Source: Octopus bimaculoides (lineage: Eukaryota). From it: a stretch of 64,000 bases of DNA. A model generated the notes under the pieces. The model was given only the letters and a program-made list of their open reading frames with translations, searched no databases and was not told where the DNA came from. A program made the translations under genes and the position numbers. The DNA is taken from positions 72,676,775 through 72,740,774 of the forward strand of contig NC_068981.1 in the NCBI RefSeq assembly GCF_001194135.2. The letters run 5' to 3'. This document shows positions 1 to 13,915 of the stretch, piece after piece; position 1 is the first letter of the stretch, and each line of letters opens with the position of its first letter.

Positions 1-376
1 ATATTATTGTTGATTAACTCCATGTTAACTTTGTGACAGCCTCAACAAATATGGCAGGCCTCTTTCAGCATAAGAAAACTTGCTTCATTCTATTTTATTA
101 TTTTTTTTATTTTACGAGACAGAGATAGATCAGGTTTTGCTTCCTACGTTCCTGTATGTAATCATCAGGCAGAATGACGCTATTCTGTGGAACACATTTC
201 TCTCACAGTGTTTCTTCGAAATCAGATTCATATTTAATTATTCTGGGTTATTTAGTACACTACCCAAGTTGCTGTTGCCATGTGAAATAGCTGAAAAATG
301 TTCATTAGGGTGTGCTTGTATATGTAACTATTATTGTTGTCGATGAAAATATTTTTAGTCGACGTATTCCACCCAG

Positions 377-377
<1 letters not shown>

Positions 378-438
<61 letters not shown>
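378..438. repeat. (TTA)n microsatellite; target/tail of the adjacent R4/Dong-type 3' end
   Basis: Perfect ATT repeats directly abutting 439-564. Confidence 0.95.
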
Positions 439-439
<1 letters not shown>

Positions 440-564
440 AATAGACTTCGCACAGTAAGTATACAATACAACATCGTGAGGTTGTTGATTGAAGATATCG
501 TGTCTACCGGGGGTTTGTACTGTTTGTCAAGTCACAAAGACCTCAGACAGACAGTACTTTACGC
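439..564 (-). mobile_element. 3' end of R4/Dong-type non-LTR retrotransposon, ending in (TAA)n
   Basis: Reverse complement (ctgaggtctttgtgacttgacaaacagtacaaacccccggtagacacgatatcttcaatcaac) matches the 3' UTR of the RLE element at about 56415-56500. Confidence 0.8.
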
Positions 565-753
565 AATTATTATTGTTGAATTTGTCGTCGTTAATTTTGA
601 CTCTATATCTTCAGGAGGAGTTACCTCATTCCTTTCTATATTAGCCAAAATGAAGTAAATTGACAAATTTATTTTTTGAACCAATTAAAGACACACAAAA
701 TGTCGAAATATCGTTCACTAGATAACAATAGCACTCTTCTTTTAATTTTGACT

Positions 754-808
<55 letters not shown>

Positions 809-858
809 TAATAATAATAATAATAATAATAACAATAATAATAACAGTAATAAAAATG

Positions 859-1427
859 CCCTGATGCCTACCAGGCAGTGGCTCTCATGGCTTCAGATGT
901 TAACTGGTTAGAAGTGTTATCATGTATATTGATTTGACTTGGTATAAAATATGGGCTACAGCAAATATTCTGCTCAATACCACAGATTTGCTTGTCGGTT
1001 GCTTGACGTTCACAAGTTAACCAAGTCCTTTTGTGGCTGACGATATGTGCATCTCTGATCAGGAGCAGAAGTAGCGGGGTGGGTGGGCATCATATCATGT
1101 ATTGAGAGGAATTCTTTGGGGTTTGAATGAGTCACTTCTGGAAACATGGGTGTTTTGTTCATCATCCTTAAACGAACCTTATTCAGAGACCTTTTGAGTG
1201 GGATGGGCTACTCGGCTAGAAGAACTAACTGGGCCGCACCTACAAAGTCATCAGCTGGTTATCTTGGTATAAGATCACCATGTCGCGCCCATATTGTTGT
1301 GATGCATGTGCCTGGTGTACCCTTATCAGACGGGTAGTCATGATGGGTATGCTGGGCTGCATATGTTTTACCCCACTGTCCCTTTGATGGCATGCACTGC
1401 TCTCTCAGAAATAATAATAATAATAAT
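859..1427 (+). mobile_element. Interspersed repeat ending in (AAT)n, probable retroposon 3' part
   Basis: GC-richer block flanked by (TAA)n on both sides (755-853 and 1410-1427); recalled as a common octopus repeat; single copy here, family not assigned. Confidence 0.4.
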
Positions 1428-1489
1428 GAAGAAGAAGAAGAAGAAGAAGAAGAAGAAGATAGTAGCAATAATAATAGAATATATAAAAT

Positions 1490-1800
1490 ATGCCATGAAT
1501 ATATAGCAAGCAGTGGTGCAACTCCAGACAAAAAAGGAACCATAAAAATTTAAGCCATCCCCATTACGGAGATTTGCTCCCTCCACTCCTTTTTGCGTGG
1601 TATTGCTGCCTTTAACGGACCTGCTAAACAGAACTGGGTATTGATACAATTGCTACAGTAAAACAATTAACCATCTCTTGGTCTAAAACTATGTTGCAAA
1701 TAATAAACAACTGGAAACACTATTGCAAACAGAGCATCGATTTACCAAAGAAATAAACATGAAATTCGGCTTAGAAAAATGTGCGAAAGCAACCTTGGCT
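1490..1800 (+). pseudogene. Degenerate reverse transcriptase fragment, R4/Dong-type
   Basis: Frameshifted translation GDLLPPLLF..VLLPLTDLLNRTGY*Y..TINHLL[YMDD deleted]..NNKQLETLLQT..FTKEINMKFGLEKCAKATL, matching RT domains 4-7 of R4-clade elements. Confidence 0.8.
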
Positions 1801-2020
1801 ATGTAATTTGTTTTGGTGTTGTTATTTTCACTGTACTGAAAGTGCTTTAAGCAGGATGTGCGCGGTGCCTAGTAGTGCTATTTTCTGAATGTTATATATA
1901 TTTGTAAGTCCTGGTGTTTTGGTTACGTATTTATTTGTATGCTTTTTAAACATACTTAATGCATTTATTGTTATAGAGGTTGTTTCTGTGTTTAGGCTCC
2001 ACATTTGGATTGTCTCTGTT
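1801..2020 (-). mobile_element. Inverted C-terminal ORF segment of an R4/Dong-type element
   Basis: Minus strand translates IQMWSLNTETTSITINALSMFKKHTNKYVTKTPGLTNIYNIQKIALLGTAHILLKALSVQ*; QKIALLGTAHIL is a typical R4 ORF end. Confidence 0.8.
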
Positions 2021-2160
2021 TCCTGCGTAAAGCTCTTTTAATACAGTGAACATAACAACCCCGAAACAAACCACAGCTCATACGCACGGCACACAGTGCT
2101 GCGCTTGGGAGAGCAGTGAAAGCGCGTGATAAAAATAAGACTACTGAATAGTATTAATAA
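2021..2160 (+). mobile_element. ORF end plus 3' UTR of the same R4-type family, forward orientation
   Basis: cctgcgtaaagctcttttaatacagtga (LRKALLIQ*) followed by a UTR homologous to the inverted copy; ends in a degenerate taataa tail. Confidence 0.7.
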
Positions 2161-2323
2161 CAATCATTTCCACTATAGGCACCAGGCCCTAAATTCACTG
2201 GTACTTATGAACTTCGAAAGGATGAAAGACAAGGTCCACCTGGGCGGAATTTGATCTCAGGATGTAAAGACGGACAAAACGCTGCTAAGCAGTTTGCCCG
2301 CGTGCTAATGACTCTGCCAGCTC
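2161..2323 (-). mobile_element. SINE family A (tRNA-like head gagctggcagaatcgttagc)
   Basis: Homologous to at least 12 other in-window copies. Confidence 0.8.
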
Positions 2324-3226
2324 AACACCTTATCCTCGATTAGATTTGCAATTAGAACAAAAACAAAAACGAAAACGATGCCATAATGCATTCATAATGC
2401 ATTTTGTCCGATGCATAAATGATTCTTCCACATAGTCGTAAGTTCAGAATGTTTCAATCCACAATATAATCATTTTATTTTAATTACATCGTTATGACTT
2501 TGTTAATGGCATAAATATCAAGACTCGTTCTTTCTCATATAATACTAGATTTATCGAAAAAAAAAAATTAAAAAAACTATTGTATGTTGGAAAGAAAAAG
2601 AAACTAATAATGAAATAAATTCACTTTGTAGCGAGCGTTTCAGTATACCCATTTAAATAATATTTTAAACCACTTCATAGAGTAATATAAAGTCCTGATT
2701 TTGGTCCCATATCACAAATAAATTTATTATGGGAAATCAGGTGTCAGGAGAGTCAGAAGAGTTTTAGTTTAAGTAAAATGAATTCGTTGGGGAATCGAAG
2801 AAGAAATAGCTTAGCAACAAACTGTGTGTACGTCATCAATCAATATTGATAATTTACATGACACTAATAGTTCTAAAGCACTTATCAACAATAGAACCCT
2901 TATTACAAAATGGAAACAGCAGACAATCTCATAGGATTTTTTTTTTCCTCAATTATTGAACGAGAGGATTCTATGTCAAACTATGGTAATGCTATAGTTA
3001 ATTGTGGTCTGATGCTAAAAAAAAAAAAAAGGAAAAGGAAAAAAAAGGCAGTGACAGTTATTGAATGGGGATAATGTCAAAAATGATTATTACTTTTAAA
3101 ATATCGTTTCAAAAACATTGGTACAATTATGCTTTTTAACGTTTAATCAATAGATTAGATCGATAGAAATATATATATATACATACATACATATATACAT
3201 ACATACATACATATATATACATATAC

Positions 3227-3258
<32 letters not shown>

Positions 3259-3343
3259 ATATATATATGCATGTATATAGAAATATGTATATAAATGCAT
3301 ATATAAGCCATATATCTATTTATCTATCTGTGTGTGTGTGTGT

Positions 3344-3384
<41 letters not shown>

Positions 3385-4023
3385 TAAAAGGATGAGATTG
3401 AAGATAAGAGATAGTTGTATACGCACCCTCTGTATTTTTTGTCTATGTGTATTCGCATGCGTGACAGGGGTGCGTGTGTGTGCGCGTAACACGTTAATAA
3501 GCAGACCGATGGAAATGATAGAGTTTTAGACAAACGTAATTTGATATTCCTTATTTGTAGATTGCATAATGCGAATCCCAAAACATGAAGTTCCCAGTAA
3601 GCATCTTATATATTATAATTATTCCCGATACATGTTTTTTTATTTTCATTTTTCTTTATGTTTACTTTTCAATGGATTACTGTTGACATGTGTTTGCTTG
3701 TTTTAACAGTCTGAATCGCAAATTATAGAAGCAACTTGCCCAGTTTTACATACGCATTCATACATACAAATATACACGAGTAGAGATTGTCGATAACGAT
3801 TATATTCCCATATTTTTTTAGAAGCTTTTTTGTAATGCTTATATATGTACACACAATACTGTTCCGTTGTTCTTTGATTGATCTACGTAAAAGTAATAAG
3901 CTGGCAAACTTAAGTTTCACATGTAATTCTTATAATAATGCGCATAAATAAGAATAAGTTTGTATTTTGTATTGCCTGTGTTTGCATGTGTGCGTGCGTG
4001 TGTCTACTTGTGTGTGTATATGG

Positions 4024-4275
4024 GGGGGGGGGCACATGGTCAAGTGGTTAGGATGTCGTACACTCAGTCGTGAGAGCGTGTGTTCGATTCCCGGATTGGG
4101 CATTGAGTTGTGTTCTTGAGCAAAATACATCATCCCACATTGTTCTGCTATCACTTCAAAATCTGACGTGTAGTACACAGTGCCCCTGTACAAGTAATGG
4201 CGATTTGATGGAGTGAGTGAGCTAGTATGGGGCATGAACATTTCATCACGATAAGCAAATCATCTTTGCGGCAAA
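4024..4275 (+). mobile_element. SINE family B-type head with an alternative body
   Basis: A box (tggtcaagtggtt), B box (gttcgattccc), ttgtgttcttgagcaa core; body shared with 27867-28050. Confidence 0.7.
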
Positions 4276-4591
4276 CCAGCACATAGCTCTCACGCTATTT
4301 TGCATATAGTCATAGAGAACGATTTAGCCTGCATCTGGCTTCGTTTGAGTACGTAGTATTCATAAGTCACAAAGATTACGGAACATTAATGTCTACCGCT
4401 CCTGCAACGGAACCTCACGCGAATTATCTCGCTTGTTTATGACTTCCAGATGTTTTAACACCAGGCGTATTGGAAATATTCTCTTACGCCTATAAATCGC
4501 AGCCTGCCCACGAACTGGAAAAATACATACCTTGTCTATGCGTGTTCGATATTGTTTATATATCCTTCGGGTTGCTTCTCATTCATATTTG

Positions 4592-4623
<32 letters not shown>

Positions 4624-4681
4624 NNNNNNNNNNNNNNNNNNNNNNNNNNNNNNNNNNNNNNNNNNNNNNNNNNNNNTATAC

Positions 4682-4715
<34 letters not shown>

Positions 4716-5050
4716 ATATATATATGCATAATACAAATAATATATGAGTATATGCATATATACGTACATGTATATACATACCTACATCTACATGTATATA
4801 TAGATGCATATCTGGGTACAGGACGTTGCAAAACAACGTGGACAAAATGATAAACAGAGTACAGAAAACACACAGGCCACATAAAGAACATTGTATATGT
4901 GTATGTATATATATATATATACAATCAGCAGTGAATTACAAAAGTGACACAACACCTGGGAGTTTTATGCGTGGCACTAACGTGTGTTAACTTATGTACT
5001 GTATTTTGTGTCTTCTACCAAACGTAGATACATGTATCTACCAAACGTGA

Positions 5051-5371
5051 AGGCGCGTAACTTAGTGGTTAGAGTATTCGGCTCGCGATTATATGGTCAC
5101 GGGTTCGATTTCTGGCTGTGCGTTGTGTCCTTCAGCGAGACACTTTATTTCACGTTGTTCCAGTCCACTCAGCTGGCAAATATTAGTAGTACCTGTATTT
5201 CAAGGGGCCAGTCTTGTCACACTCGGTGCCATGCTGAATCTCCCTGAGAAGTATGTGAAGGGGTACACGTGTCTGTGGAGTGCTCAGCCACTTGCACGTT
5301 AATCTCACGAGCCAGCTGTTCTGTTGATCGGATCAACTGGAACCCTCGTTGTCTTAAGCGACGGAGTGCCA
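5051..5371 (+). mobile_element. SINE family B, near full length
   Basis: tRNA-like head, ttgtgtccttcagcgagacactt core, tail ending gacggagtgcca; copies at 21753, 33717 and 39068. Confidence 0.9.
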
Positions 5372-5870
5372 ATTTTAGATGCATGTATATATACTCATAA
5401 ATATGTGTGTGTGTGTGTGTGTGTATGTGTGTAAATTCAAATTTTAAAATTACTTATTAAAAAGATAGTAATTGAAAATATGGCTCAAATCAAGAACAAA
5501 ACTAAAGACACCGTAAAATTACAATGTTGCATATTGCTGAAATTTTTCAGTTGATAGAATTTACACAATGCAACACATTACAAACTTGAACATTTATATT
5601 TATGCGACAAAACTTAATTTAATGATAACAACGACTTGGTTTATATTTAATGTCAAAAATAATAGAATTTATATTTACGGATTCATAACTTTATATGATA
5701 TTTACTGTTTCCCCTGAAAAAGTGCTTTTATTAAAGATAAAATGTTCAAAATATATAGTCGTAGATTTATTGGTGTGTAAAATTAACATCTAACGTTACT
5801 ATAGCTGATTTTCTTTCAAGAGAGGATATCGAATATGCTAGTAAGTGCTTTCTTAGTATGTGCTTAATAC

Positions 5871-6045
5871 TGGTTTCAAATTTCGGCACAAGATCAGCAA
5901 TTTCCGGGTGAGGTTAGAGTATTACATCGGTCCCAGTGCTCAGCTAGTACTTATTTTATCCTCGGCAGAATCTGAACTCAAAACGAAAAGACGGACGAAA
6001 TGGTGCTAAGCATTTTGTACGGCGTGTTAACAATTTTGCCAGCTC
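5871..6045 (-). mobile_element. SINE family A
   Basis: In-window homology. Confidence 0.8.
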
Positions 6046-7379
6046 CACATTTTCATACGTATTTAATATTCTTTTCTACTCTAGGTCCAAAATGTGTGTA
6101 TGTGTGTGTGCTTGTTTTCTGTCTCTGTTTACTCACACGAATACTTGCGGGTGTGTGTGTATTTATACATATATGCACATGTAAATATGGATGCATTTAT
6201 ATATGTGTGGGTGGGTGGGTATATGTGTGTGTATGTATTCATACATACACTTGTGCATTTGTGTATATGTGTTTGTGTATATACACTTAAAACTAAATGT
6301 CACCACCCTCTACGCAAACATTTCTAGACAGAACAACGACAATGCAAAACAAGACACACCCATCTTATTCATGTAATTGAAATGACGTCGTCATGAGATA
6401 CAGACATACATTAAAATGCGGTTCCAGATTCTCATGTTAAAAGTGTCAGTTGTCAACGATAGTGAACATTGTTTTAACGAAAGAAAGTGAATTTCAAATA
6501 AAATATTCGGTTAGTTCAGTATATAAAAGCATATTTGTTTTTCAATCATATCAATGTGTTTCAGTTATGCGCTTTCATATACTGAACTAATTCATATGTG
6601 CCTGTATGAATTAATGAATGCCTCTTATTCTCTTCCCCAATCTCCCATTCTCTTTAACATCGTTGCAGTTTGGGAACTCAACATTATCCCGTTTCCTTCG
6701 TCGTTTTTCAAGTTTGTAGTATTCATGTCGATTTTTCGCTGTCTTTGAACGCTGAGCTCACTACCAACACGTGTTTCGCCTTATGTCGTCTCACTTTTCT
6801 TTTTTCTTTCTTATACTTCACTATCTAATTCTATTTCATTTCCTCTCTCAACTGCCATTTTATTTGTTCAATGACATCAATAATCTTCACAGCTCTCACT
6901 GACTAAATTTCTGTCCGAGATGTTAGATTTTCCCTCTTTCTCGTATCAAATCAATTTATTACTCTTTTGAACATTTTGTACTTGCTATATTCTGAGGTAG
7001 ATCCTCGCTAATTTTCCCGGAGCCTACTCTTTATCTTAATTTATTAGTTTTACATTTTTAAACTTTACATAATTAATTATATCCGCATGTCTACTGTCTT
7101 TTGTTAGTTGTGTCTCAACCAAAGTCCTTTATTATTTGTCCATTTGTATTCTTAAAAACAGTGATTCACTGCAGCTTATGTGAATTGCCCAACAGTTGGG
7201 AATATAAAATTACCATTTTCTTTGGCACCACATTTAAGTATGATTTATGCAGATAAGCATAGACAATTAACTGTGTTTCTAAATAGAGGAGTAAATGTTT
7301 GTTTGAAAAACATTTAAAAAATTTACTAATTTTTGGTATATGGTAATATCGATAATGCTACACTATTTTATAAAAATAC

Positions 7380-7471
7380 ATCTCTACAGTAAACTCAGCA
7401 AACTCGTTTAGCAGGGAGTAAGAGTTTCTCAAAAAGTCATCTTTGTCGCCGAGGTCATAACGTACGATAAA
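7380..7471 (-). CDS. Candidate internal exon of an unidentified host gene (FIVRYDLGDKDDFLRNSYSLLNEFAEFTVE)
   Basis: ccatgttccag acceptor, GTATTT donor, open frame, higher GC than flanks; no family recognised. Confidence 0.25.
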
Positions 7472-7510
7472 CTGGAACATGGATGGGGTATGTTGGAACA
7501 CATAAATAAT

Positions 7511-7726
7511 GGTTTCTGATTCCAGTACCATTTAGAAAGTGTTCTGAGAGGAGGCGTTCATCGATACTATCGTCTCCAGTCCTTCACTGGGACTTTATTT
7601 GTTCTACGCCGGGGGATGAAAGGCAAAGTTGATCCGGTTGAAAATTGAACTCAGAGCATAAAGATCCAAAACAAATATCGCATGTAATTTTTTTTCCGAC
7701 GCTCTAACGAATCAACCAATCGCCTC
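7511..7726 (-). mobile_element. SINE family A, diverged
   Basis: ggatgaaaggcaaagttgat..ttgaactcaga motif. Confidence 0.7.
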
Positions 7727-9430
7727 AGTAATAACAGGACAGTTTAAGAATTATTTAGGCATCATTTCAGTAGAGTTCAAATAATATATTTTGTTATCAC
7801 TTAGAAATTAGTTTTATTGGTGCGCAACATGTCCCTGTATTTACTCTGGTTTATAGACTTACAGATTAACAGGAAACGCAAGTTTCTGCTTATAGGGCCT
7901 TGTTCTATCACTGTGAAATGAAGTAGGCGAAATAATACCATGTACTCAAGTTCACGTAGTTATATTGCAATATTATTTGACATTGTAAATTTCAGGTGCA
8001 CAAAATCTTTGCTCGAATTACGTTTCAAGCTTTTCTTTGTTACCTCTTATTCATTTCTTATTCATTTCATTTCATCAACCAGTGTTGTAACAAAAGTGCA
8101 TTTTTTTTACTGCACAACAAAATATACAAGAACAAGTCTCCATCCCATTTCTTGTGTCTCTTAAGAGACTTTGCTTACACTTTTTTCATTCTCCACCCAT
8201 GAGTGTGGCATTTTTAAGCAAAGTCAAGTCGCACATTCAAATGTCAATCTCTTGACCTTCTCTTGAGTTTAAGTGCTACTACATGTGCCGGTGTACTTGT
8301 GACAATGGGGTTAGCTTGAAATTATTCCAAGTAACACCACTCATCATATTTTCTAAGTCCCTTACATATATGACCTCATATATGTGGGGCACACAACATA
8401 AATTAGAATAGGAAAAGATTTCCTGTTCTGATTACTTTCTACTAACCAATCAAAAGTCAAAGAGTTCACTTCTAAATACATTATTTACTAAACAAAACTA
8501 AATATTTTTAACAAGTGAGAGTCTTACGCTAGGATATAAAAAATACAGAAAGGTTTTAGTACGATCAAAAGTTTCTGCATTGAGTTAATATCGATATGGT
8601 TGAGCAGTAGTTTAAGAGGCGTTCATAAGACAGTAGTATTGTTCTCACCAGGTTCTTTTTTTCTGTGACGAAAGAGGTTTTTAATTCACTGCATGTTCCA
8701 ACTTTTTCTATATCCTTATCACTCTTCTAACTAGTCACATAGTACTTTCTAACTTCTACCAATACTGTACTAATTAGTTACTTGGCTGCCTCGATTGTAA
8801 CATAACAAAAATACTAATTACTTGATATTATTTTGCCAAGACTTCCAACCTGACTTGAGTCTTCAACTTTATGGGCACTAGTCCTCCCCAGTCGAATTGT
8901 AAAAGGAAAAAAAAACTGCGAAACATATTTCCTAGTATATACTGCTACGCAGTTATATGTGTATATNNNNNNNNNNNNNNNNNNNNNNNNNNNNNNNNNN
9001 NNNNNNNNNNNNNNNNNNNNNNNNNNNNNNNNNNNNNNNNNNNNNNNNNNNNNNNNNNNNNNNNNNNNNNNNNNNNNNNNNNNNNNNNNNNNNNNNNNNN
9101 NNNNNNNNNNNNNNNNNNNNNNNNNNNNNNNNNNNNNNNNNNNNNNNNNNNNNNNNNNNNNNNNNNNNNNNNNNNNNNNNNNNNNNNNNNNNNNNNNNNN
9201 NNNNNNNNNNNNNNNNNNNNNNNNNNNNNNNNNNNNNNNNNNNNNNNNNNNNNNNNNNNNNNNNNNNNNNNNNNNNNNNNNNNNNNNNNNNNNNNNNNNN
9301 NNNNNNNNNNNNNNNNNNNNNNNNNNNNNNNNNNNNNNNNNNNNNNNNNNNNNNCATATATATATATATACATATATATATACATACATATATATATATA
9401 TATATACATGTATATATATACATACATATA

Positions 9431-9498
<68 letters not shown>

Positions 9499-9542
9499 AC
9501 AAGAAGGAAGAGTGAAAGAAAGCGAGTGGGAAGAAAGAAAAC

Positions 9543-9585
<43 letters not shown>

Positions 9586-10320
9586 AGAGACAGACAGACA
9601 GAGAAAAATAAAGAGAGAGAGAGAAGTTAGAAACTGATTGATTTATTTTTTCAAAGCTCTCATTTAAATTACAGTCTGGACTGACTTTTCCTTTCATCAT
9701 TGCGTTGTCGACAAAAGTATTGCCAGTATATAGTGATTTAACTTCAATTGATTATAATAGTCTCTTACATAACTTGGCATTTGGCCTAAAGAATACACCG
9801 ACGTTGTATACGAGCCAACGTGGGAATAGTTAAATGTTTGCTTGACATGCAAGAAATAGTCGCTGAATACCTCTGAAAACACAACCTACTGGCTTTAGAA
9901 AATGAGGACAAACATTAGACAGAGCTGTCCTGGGCGCATTGTGTGCCTGAGAAAAAGAAAGGATGGTTATGGCTGGAATGTCCTGAAATATAGGCTTGCT
10001 CGAGCATAGCTTAAAAATAAGAAAATGAGCAAGACTATGGTCTCTGAGTGAGGCATACGATCAGCAATTTTGAGAAGTGTGTATTAGAAGCTAACATTGA
10101 TCTTAATATTTGACTAGTACTTCATTTTATCGACTCCGAAAGGATGAAAGACAAAGTTTACTTGCGCAGAATTTGAAATCAAAATTAACAGAACCGGAAG
10201 AAATAGTATAAGGAATTTCTTCCAAGGCTCTTAAGATTTCGAACATCTACTGCTCTGAGAAGAATAACTAATATTGTACAATGTTGAAAAAGTTGTGAAG
10301 TTGTCTATAGTCAGTCTGTT

Positions 10321-10677
10321 GTTGGCACTTCGTGACTTATGACGTCGAGGTTTCCAGTTGATCCGATCAACGGAACGGCCCGCTCGTAAAAATTAACGTG
10401 CAAGTGGCTGAGCACTCCAGAAACACGTGTACCCTTAACGTAGTTCTCGGGGATATTCAACGTGACACAGTGTGACAAGGCTGACCCTTTGAATTACAGG
10501 CACAACAGGAAGTAAGAGAAAGTTGTGGTGGAAGAGTACAGCAGGGTTCGCCACCATCCCCTACCGGAGCCTCGTGGAGCTTTTAGGTGTTTTCGTTCAA
10601 TAAACACTCACAACGCCCGGTCTGGGAATCGAAACCGCGAGTCCGCTACCCTAACCGCTGGGCCATTGCGCCTCCAC
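10321..10677 (-). mobile_element. SINE B variant: tRNA-like head, different central module, family-B tail
   Basis: Tail matches 5200-5371; central part (gctccacgaggctccggtag..) not shared with other B copies. Confidence 0.85.
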
Positions 10678-12194
10678 ATAGTCAGTGTGTAATCTGAAAT
10701 TAAATCTCTTCGCAAGTTGCTTGGGCTCGGTTATAATGAACTAGCAATCAGTGATATACGGAGTTCGATTCAATTTACTTTCAAACATTTACATGCCTTA
10801 GAGATGCATTTTGACAAGCAGAATTAGTGTCGTACAGAAATCTGAAGGCAATGAATAATCACAAATCGGTACAGTGACATAGAAAATGCTTTGCAGTATT
10901 TCGTTAGATTAACTTTACTTTTCAACCATCCGGTGTCGAATATTGGTGTCGACATAAACAACATTATCATTCCGTTTATATGTATGACCATTTGTCTACA
11001 ACATAAATCAACGTTATGCGTCAGCTTTTGTGAACGTTGTAAAACATGTAGTTGCCTAATTAGATGAGTATACAGCCTGTTTCCATTAACAATTGAAACC
11101 ACTTTTCTTTAGCACATCACAAATGCTTTTGAGATAAACGTGGATATAATAATATATCATTTCTCGATTTAAAATATTCAGGCATTATATCTACGTAAGA
11201 AATCAATGGAAAGCTTAACTGGAATGTTCTTTGAAACTGAAATAAAAAAAAAAGAACAAAAAAATGCATACAGTCTCTGAAGGTGTAAGATGTGATTATC
11301 ATGAAAAATAAAAATAAACTGTTTCTCTTTCTCTCCTCTCTCCCCACTACTCTCTCTATGTATATGTTTATGTACATAACGTATTATATATATATATATG
11401 CACACACACACGCACAAATATATATATATATAGCATATTTAAATACGTACATACATACATGCATACATACATACATACATACATATATATANNNNNNNNN
11501 NNNNNNNNNNNNNNNNNNNNNNNNNNNNNNNNNNNNNNNNNNNNNNNNNNNNNNNNNNNNNNNNNNNNNNNNNNNNNNNNNNNNNNNNNNNNNNNNNNNN
11601 NNNNNNNNNNNNNNNNNNNNNNNNNNNNNNNNNNNNNNNNNNNNNNNNNNNNNNNNNNNNNNNNNNNNATATATATATATATTTAATGTATGTATTGAGA
11701 TGGGAGTGTAGGAAGCATATAGCGAACTAGGTAACATATATATTTGCTACACACTCGTGCGTGCTTGTGTGTGTGTGTGTAATGAAGGATTTTGTGTGTT
11801 TTTGCCTGTATTCTCTTACATCTGTGAAATGCCATCTTCTTATGAAATAATCCATATGTCATCGAGGATATAACTTATAAGCTATGAAACATGAAATTGA
11901 TATTTCTATTTTCATTTATCATTTCTATTTATCACTTCTTGTGTGTTTTCCATCAAACAATGTACCGAATAAATATCATCAGTGCAGAAGTAGAAACGTG
12001 ATGTTCTGTTGATCTGACAATGCTTAACTGGCCGTGACTTCGGAGTCACTCGCAACAATATTCTTGTTCAAGAATAAACTCTGTGTGTGTGTGTGTGTGT
12101 GATTATTGAGCTGGCAGAATCGTTAGCACGCCGGGTAAAATCTTTACGGTGAACTATACACACACACACATATATACACACATACATATAAGCA

Positions 12195-12358
12195 TATATT
12201 TATGTATGTGTGTTTGTTTGTCCCCCCCCCCCCATCGCTTTGACAACCGACATTGGTGTGTTTACTTCTCTGTAAATCAACGGTTCGGCAAAAGAAACCA
12301 ATAAAATAAGTACTAGGCTTACAAAGAATAAGTATTGGGGTTGATTTGTTCGACTAAA
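12195..12358 (+). mobile_element. SINE family C, 3' half, cut by a gap
   Basis: catcgctttgacaaccga..aataagtactaggcttacaaagaataag. Confidence 0.85.
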
Positions 12359-13251
12359 ANNNNNNNNNNNNNNNNNNNNNNNNNNNNNNNNNNNNNNNNN
12401 NNNNNNNNNNNNNNNNNNNNNNNNNNNNNNNNNNNNNNNNNNNNNNNNNNNNNNNNNNNNNNNNNNNNNNNNNNNNNNNNNNNNNNNNNNNNNNNNNNNN
12501 NNNNNNNNNNNNNNNNNNNNNNNNNNNNNNNNNNNNNNNNNNNNNNNNNNNNNNNNNNNNNNNNNNNNNNNNNNNNNNNNNNNNNNNNNNNNNNNNNNNN
12601 NNNNNNNNNNNNNNNNNNNNNNNNNNNNNNNNNNNNNNNNNNNNNNNNNNNNNNNNNNNNNNNNNNNNNNNNNNNNNNNNNNNNNNNNNNNNNNNNNNNN
12701 NNNNNNNNNNNNNNNNNNNNNNNNNNNNNNNNNNNNNNNNNNNNNNNNNNNNNNNNNNNNNNNNNNNNNNNNNNNNNNNNNNNNNNNNNNNNNNNNNNNN
12801 NNNNNNNNNNNNNNNNNNNNNNNNNNNNNNNNNNNNNNNNNNNNNNNNNNNNNNNNNNNNNNNNNNNNNNNNNNNNNNNNNNNNNNNNNNNNNNNNNNNN
12901 NNNNNNNNNGGGTGGAGTGGGATGGAGTGGAGTGGGAATATATATATATACTATCATGTGCTCTTTAATGCTTTAAAGTTAATGTTATCTGCTCGGAAAC
13001 AAAGAACTGGATATATTTTATTGATGAACATTAGATATATAAAAAAGATTCTCGCTAAGTAAAATGCATATTTTATGCTTTTACTTAAGAAAATTATTTA
13101 TTGATTTATATGTATATATGACTTTATCTAAACGTGCATGCTTGTCAATAAATAATCTTTATTGTGTTCATATGAAAACACATTTCTTCTTTCTTTGGTA
13201 ATGTTATTTCGATAATTCTTTGTTATTCCTATTAAACAAAATAATTCACAA

Positions 13252-13474
13252 CAGCGAGTTGGTAGAATCGTTAGCGCATCGGACAAAATACTTCGTAGCA
13301 GTTCTTCGTACTGTTTAGGGTGTAAGTTCACATACCATCGACGTTGACTTTACCTTTTATCCCTTAGAGGTCGACAGAATAAAGTTCCAGTCAAGTACTG
13401 CAGTTGATGTAATCGACTTTCCCCACTTACCTCGTATTGCTGACCTTCAACCAAAATTAGAAAGAATTATTATT
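13252..13474 (+). mobile_element. SINE family A with attatt tail
   Basis: In-window homology. Confidence 0.8.
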
Positions 13475-13836
13475 ACAGAAATTCTTTTTGCTAACAGGAA
13501 GAAATTGTTATTATTATATTGTATTTTCATAAAATATTAGAAAATATGAGAGGTAGGTATTTTAATTTCGCCACTTGACATCCTTAGAATGACAACCGCA
13601 TTGTAACCTTCATCATGTAAAAATAATTTCAGTGTATTTCATACGTCTGCACCGACATGCATGCTACACATTCCGCAGTACTATTGTACGTTTACAAACC
13701 AATGCAGATATAGAAGGCTAGCTCTTCAGGTCAACTGAACCTCATGGTTACATTGTGACGTTCTGTTGATCTGACAGTGCATAACCGACCGAGACTTCGA
13801 AGTCACTCGCAACAATATTCTTGTTTAAGAATAAAC

Positions 13837-13914
<78 letters not shown>

Positions 13915-13915
<1 letters not shown>

